Assembly (NCBI RefSeq): GCF_032191835.1
Contig: NC_083236.1
Span: 47,182,001 to 47,246,000 of the forward strand
Direction of reading: 5' to 3'
DNA from: Heteronotia binoei
Taxonomy: Eukaryota
Length of the DNA: 64,000 nucleotides
Shown here: positions 59,170-64,000 of the stretch, piece after piece
How positions within the stretch are numbered: the stretch's first letter is position 1
Layout: every line of letters starts with the position of its first letter
Translations under genes and position numbers: made by a program
Notes under the pieces: generated by a model
Seen by the model: the letters and a program-made list of their open reading frames with translations, nothing else
Told to the model about the DNA's origin: nothing
The model's database searches: none

Positions 59170-59880
59170 TTAGGAGAGTTTGACCACACACACTGCCAGG
59201 ACGATGGCAACCAGGAGGACGGCGGTGAAAATGACGACGGCGAGCACTTTGCGAGCGTTGCAAAAGGACTTGCTCTCCACTTCGATCATGCCGATGGAGG
59301 AGGCGGCCACGCTGATGGCGGAGTTGAGCTCGGCCCCGGGGTCCTGCTTGGCCTCCACCGTCCACTGCGGGACGTTGACTTTCATCTCCATCTCGTACAT
59401 CATCTCGCCAACCTGGTTGATCTCGTTCTCTAGGTCCTTCAGATCCACCACGTCGATGTTGTGGTCGGCCTCGTACTTCATGTTCTGGACGCTCATGGCC
59501 CGGGCCGCCACGCCGGAGGTGCCGCCGCTCATGCCCGTCTGCATGAGGTGCTTCTTGGGTACATTGAGGGGGAACTCCTGGCCCAGCTCCAGGGCCCGCT
59601 TCATGTCGGTCTCCAGGATCTCCATGCAGGAGGTGAAGAGGACCCATAGCCGCTCGAACTCCGCCCGGTCCTCCTTGCTGATGGTCTTGTCCCTCAAGAC
59701 CGCCGTCAGCTTGTTGCGGTTGGCCACCGCCAGCTCCTGGGCTTTCTGCCGGGTCTTCTTCAGCTCCTCGCGCAAGTTCTGCGAGTCCGAGGTGCCCCCG
59801 ACGGTCAGCACCAGCTGCCGGTAGCAGGCGGTCACCCGGTTGAGCGCGTCCAGCAGCGCTTTGCATTCCTCCTTCACCAT
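59170..59880 (-). CDS. RGS9BP: Regulator of G-protein signalling 9 binding protein (R9AP), single exon, 236 aa
   Basis: [40 protein letters not shown]..., EFERLWV, C-terminal transmembrane helix; synteny with NUDT19 and TDRD12. Confidence 0.96.
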   Translation of the reverse strand: MVKEECKALLDALNRVTACYRQLVLTVGGTSDSQNLREELKKTRQKAQELAVANRNKLTAVLRDKTISKEDRAEFERLWVLFTSCMEILETDMKRALELGQEFPLNVPKKHLMQTGMSGGTSGVAARAMSVQNMKYEADHNIDVVDLKDLENEINQVGEMMYEMEMKVNVPQWTVEAKQDPGAELNSAISVAASSIGMIEVESKSFCNARKVLAVVIFTAVLLVAIVLAVCVVKLS

Positions 59881-59899
59881 GGCGCAGGCTGGCGAGGGC

Positions 59900-60900
59900 A
59901 GCCGGGCCGGCGGACAAGGTGCTGGCGAGCGACTGCGCGCCTCCTCCTCCTCCTCTCTCCCTTCGCCTCCCGCAAGTCAGCCCGAATTACTCGACAGCCG
60001 CAGCTCCCGGACCCCGCCAGCAACGCATGGCCGGAGCCCCGCGCTGCTCACCAAGCCGTCGAGTCTGCAAGAAGCCCAGGCGTTTGGAGACGATCTCGGG
60101 GCTCGCGGAACAGCAGCGCCCAGCGCCGACGGCTCTCCAACATCTCTCTCTCCCGCGCAGAGCAAAGGCGCAGGGAAGCCCACTTCGGACAGCGAGTTCC
60201 CCGCCCGGCTGTCTCCTTAAGCGCGCGGCCCCCGGCAGCGCTCTCCAGAAGGCAGCGGCGGTGTTAAATAGCGCCCAGCTGGCAACCTCTGGCGCAATCA
60301 CATGGAGCGCGCCGGGAAATCGCCCCGCACGCCGGCTCCCCCTCTCCGCCGCTGCCCGCGCTTCTGGTTCGGCCAGCGGCCCCGCCTTCCCCCCAACTCC
60401 GCCCTCTCCGGCTGCTGATTGAGCGGACGTGGCCTGAGCGGCTGCGGGAAAATCCGGCGCATTGGTTCGGCGCCGGGCAGAACCCGCCTCGGCCGCTCGG
60501 CTAGGAAGAGGTAGGGCTTGGTTGGCGAGGGAGAGCGCCGCCGCTGTGGCTGAAAGGGGGCGAGCGGGAGGGGGAAAGCGAAGGGGACCCCACCGCTCAG
60601 CAGAAGCGAAACCATGCCCCCCTCCTCGTGAGTACGTAAGGGGCCTGCCTGCGCCATTCAGTCCAGGCTGGGGAAAGGACTGCGCCCTCGGGAGGGTGTG
60701 CCTCGGTCGCCCAGGCCTTTCCAGAGGTGTTTGGCCACTCTGGCGGAAAAAGGGGGAGGGGGAGGGTTAGCAGAGGTAGGAGACGAAGGAAACTTTGGCC
60801 CCTTTGGTGGGTGACTTTAAGAGACTTGCGACTCGCCTCCTTAAACACGCATTTCTCCCCCTGCCCCCCTCTCCCGTCTTTCTGTAAAGTATTAAGGGGC
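59900..60900. promoter_or_regulatory. CpG island, bidirectional promoter of RGS9BP and a probable divergent gene (ANKRD27 by synteny only)
   Basis: Very GC/CpG-rich; attgg (CCAAT reverse) near 60462; plus-strand donor-like gtgagt and gtaagg near 60628-60640; no ANKRD27 coding exon found in the window. Confidence 0.55.
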
Positions 60901-61779
60901 CGGGGGAACCTGCCCTTCAGCTCCCAGGTGCTTTCCAAAGGAAGCGAAGTAGTAAGGTATCTGAGTATATTTAAGAGCATGTGTGCTTCCGGGGCTCCTT
61001 TTTAAAACGACTTTTATTTTTTTGAAGAACCTGGGGTATGGAGCTGACGTTTCTTGAGCTGGAGTAGTATTTCTAGGGGGATACGCTCTACAGCCGGTGA
61101 TTTCTAACCTACTCTTTGTGTTGCCAGCTGAAGGCTTTTTGCGAAGGAATGTAAGGAATTCTTGCACTGCAGTTTCTGTTCATGGGAAATCTGGACTTTT
61201 GATGGGGAGGGGGCTACCTCTTCTGAACTTGGGTTTTGTGGTGAGATTTTAATTTTTGAGGGGAAAGGTTAGTCTACAGGGTAAATAAAATCTGCCCTGC
61301 CTTGTAAACTGTTTATGATGTTTCCTGAAAGGCCAAGAGTGTAATGTGGTTAAATCACTAAGTGACTTTATTCTTTAGGCAAGAAATTAAGGCTGCAAGC
61401 CTGTGTGATTCAGCATATCTGGTTTAGCAACTATACAACCCTGTACAGTCTGACCATACTTACTTAGGAATAAGCCTTTCACAGTGGCATTTCCTCCTTC
61501 CTAGGGTTTCCTAGCAGGGCTGGGAGCATTATGGTGGTGTCAAAGTTATGACTCTTAACAAAACCTTATAATTTGCCGGGGGGGGGGGGGGTGGCTCTGT
61601 GCAAATGTTGTTCTTTTGTTTTTGTCAAAGTAGTTTTTACCAGAGTGGAACAAAATACTTTTTGTAATCAGCTGCAATCCACATCTTATGGAAGTCTAAC
61701 TCTCCCTATACTTTGGTATTACTACTATTGCTACTATTAATGCTATTTCAGAAGCTTGGTCTCTTTGTTATTGTTGTTT

Positions 61780-61965
61780 TGCCATCAAGTCACAGTTGAC
61801 TTATGGTGATCCTGTGGGGTTTTCAAGGCAAGAGACATTCAGAGGTGGTTTGCCATTACTTGCCTCATAAAGACCTTTTACTTTCTTGGTGGTCTCCCGT
61901 ACAAATACTAACCAGAGCTGACCCTGTTTAGCTTTTCAGATCTGATGAGATATGCCTGCCTAAAC
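61780..61965 (-). mobile_element. 5S rRNA-derived SINE, degraded
   Basis: Matches 48512-48725 (ttttcaaggcaagagac.ttcagaggtggtttgcc...tcagatctgatgaga). Confidence 0.65.
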
Positions 61966-63655
61966 TGTGGTCCTCATGCACATGGAAACTGGATTGTTTT
62001 GGTGGGAATCTGATGTTCTGGGTTCTAGTATATAGGATAGCGTCTCTTGAAACACTGGTGTATCTAAGAGCCATGCTCATTCTGTGTGAAGTCACCAAAA
62101 CAACATAGCAAGCATAGTTCAGTGAGAAATGCTTACTCGTGCACAAGGCATTTCAGAGTTCACATTACAAAGTGGTATTGAATCAATGTGGCTGAACAAA
62201 ACAGTGCTGCAGTCTTGTAATCTCTCTCTTCCAAGGACTGTGACTAGCTTGAGTGCTGCTTTTGTAGTATGTTACCAAGGCAGAAAATTTGCCATTAATT
62301 TTTTTAAAAATCAGTGTGTTGTATCAGTGCTGGATTAATCCTTGGAATGTCTTGTGCTGACATATACCGTAAGTACTACAAAGGGTTATTGGTAGACTTA
62401 GCTATCGTAGGAGAGTTAGCAAGCCTTGAAACTCTTGAGAAAAAGATTATACATTCCTATATATGTTCAGTACAGGCTGTAGTCTTTGTTTCAGAGGGAT
62501 GCAATTAGCTTATTTGCTAACAAAAACACTTTTCTCCAAACATGGACCATGGCTTCATGCCCAGTTTGTATGGCAGTATTACAGCATGCTCCCATACATA
62601 AGCAGTCAGTCTACCTTAAGACTGCCATATATCCCTTTAGAATTTCAGCGGTTTGTTCTCAAAATGCTTGATCTGTTTAAACATTCTGGTTTAAGTCAAA
62701 CAGGAGAATATGTTTGTTTCTCCCCAGGGTTAAATATACTCACCATTTCTCTTCACTTTCTGCAGTGACTTGACATATACACAAGCCTATCCTACCTAGG
62801 TTGGACCATGGGTGGGGGAGCTAGGGATGATTAAATTACCTGGTTGGCATACTGCTTTGACTTGCAGATAACCGCATTCAAATAGGTAAGATGATTTATG
62901 GTTGAGTATCTTCAATGATTCGTGTTACATCAGAACAAGCTATGAATCCAGTGACCCCTTTAAGACCAAACAAGTTTTATTCAAGGTATGTGCTTCTGTG
63001 TGCAGGCATACTTCTTCAGATACAATGAAAATGTTATGTCAGTACCAGATTAAAACAGATAAACCGTTATCAATAGTTTAACAAGCCAGAAGCTGGAGAG
63101 TTGTCATATTTGAAGCCAAGATAAGTAAAGGGGAATGTCCTTATAACATTATCCACTGTGGATTATAGAACTGCTACGCTGCCTCTCTGAAGTATGGTGG
63201 GAAATCTTATGCAATTATATTGGACAAATGTCCCACAGCCAAACATACTTAGTTGCATTAAATGTGCTCTCTTGTTCCTTTATTTAATGGTGCTAGAGTG
63301 GCGACAGGCTGGACTTTTTCCATTTCCCTGAAGTACAGGATGCTCTGGCTAATGGAAACAGTAGACAATGTATGAGTTGACCCGATAACTTTTTAGTGGG
63401 TTGGAAGCTGATCCGCACTGAAGTGAGTTTTGAAAATTACTTTACAAACTTGTAGATTCTGTCTTCCTTTAACAACTCAATTTAGAGCTAGCATGGTGGT
63501 ATGGTTGAAGTGTCTGGGAGACCCACATTCAAATCTCCAATCAGTCATGAAACTTCTCCCCTGAATTTAGAAAGATGGCTAGGCTGGGGATCTCCCTGGT
63601 ATGGTATCCCTGTGTTTGGGGAGGGGAGTGAGTTTATATGGGGGGAAGTCTCATT

Positions 63656-63790
63656 CAGTGTTCCCTCTAAGCTGAGTTAGTGTGAGCTAACTCATAGATG
63701 TTTAGCCTCCAGCTCACACATTTTTGTCTTAGCTCAGGAAGGATGACCTCAGAGCACACTAATTTATGCAGTAGCTCACAACTTTAAGAA
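63656..63790 (+). mobile_element. 5' part of gtgttccctctaagctg MITE
   Basis: Near-identical to 28018-28140. Confidence 0.7.
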
Positions 63791-64000
63791 GACTGCAGAT
63801 TTATACCCCGCCCTTCTCTCTGAATCAGAGACTCAGAGCAGTTTACCATCTCCTGTATCTTCTCCCCCCACAACAGACACCCTGTGAGGTAGGTGGGACT
63901 GAGAAGGCTCTCACAGCAGCTGCCCTTTCAAGGACAACTCCTGCGATAGCTATGGCTGACCCAAGGCCATTCCAGCAGCTGCAAGTGGAGGAGTGGGGAA
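63788..64000 (-). mobile_element. tRNA-derived SINE (Squam3-like), cut by the window end
   Basis: Reverse complement of 7490-7705. Confidence 0.75.

Noticed and set aside
59102-59917. 271-aa alternative-frame ORF and 214-aa antisense ORF over RGS9BP
   Set aside because: TTG start and GC-rich codon shadow; no domain evidence.
62300-62770. ANKRD27 first coding exon
   Set aside because: No frame resembling the ANKRD27 N-terminus (MALYDEDLLKNPF, as I recall it) was found in the window; the short ORFs here look random.

Overview
Vertebrate genomic DNA, not prokaryotic. The repeat content (Sauria-type SINEs, tRNA- and 5S-headed SINEs, CR1, hAT MITEs) points to a squamate, probably a gecko (inference). 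Three host genes lie on the minus strand in the same order as the human 19q13.11 block: TDRD12 (six coding exons plus a CpG-rich promoter near 16.9-17.4 kb), NUDT19 (three exons, C-terminal SKL) and single-exon RGS9BP. RGS9BP shares a CpG island with a probable divergent gene (ANKRD27 by synteny only). About one third of the window is DIRS1-type tyrosine-recombinase retrotransposon, in four copies. A near-intact copy sits in sense orientation in TDRD12 intron 5 (861-6900). A decayed copy upstream of NUDT19 (28201-36892) carries an internal inversion and a nested, truncated second DIRS. An apparently intact young copy lies at 49846-55599. The most interesting signals are shared between divergent DIRS copies: (1) ORF1 ends in a single TGA-C stop that is in frame with a stop-free path to the recombinase, suggesting readthrough; (2) the replication-essential ICR lies inside what looks like a spliceosomal intron, and the right ITR looks like a cassette exon that could poison TDRD12; (3) insertions reconstruct to a G^TT target with no TSD. 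All mechanisms are inferred from sequence alone, and I could not check their novelty against the literature.
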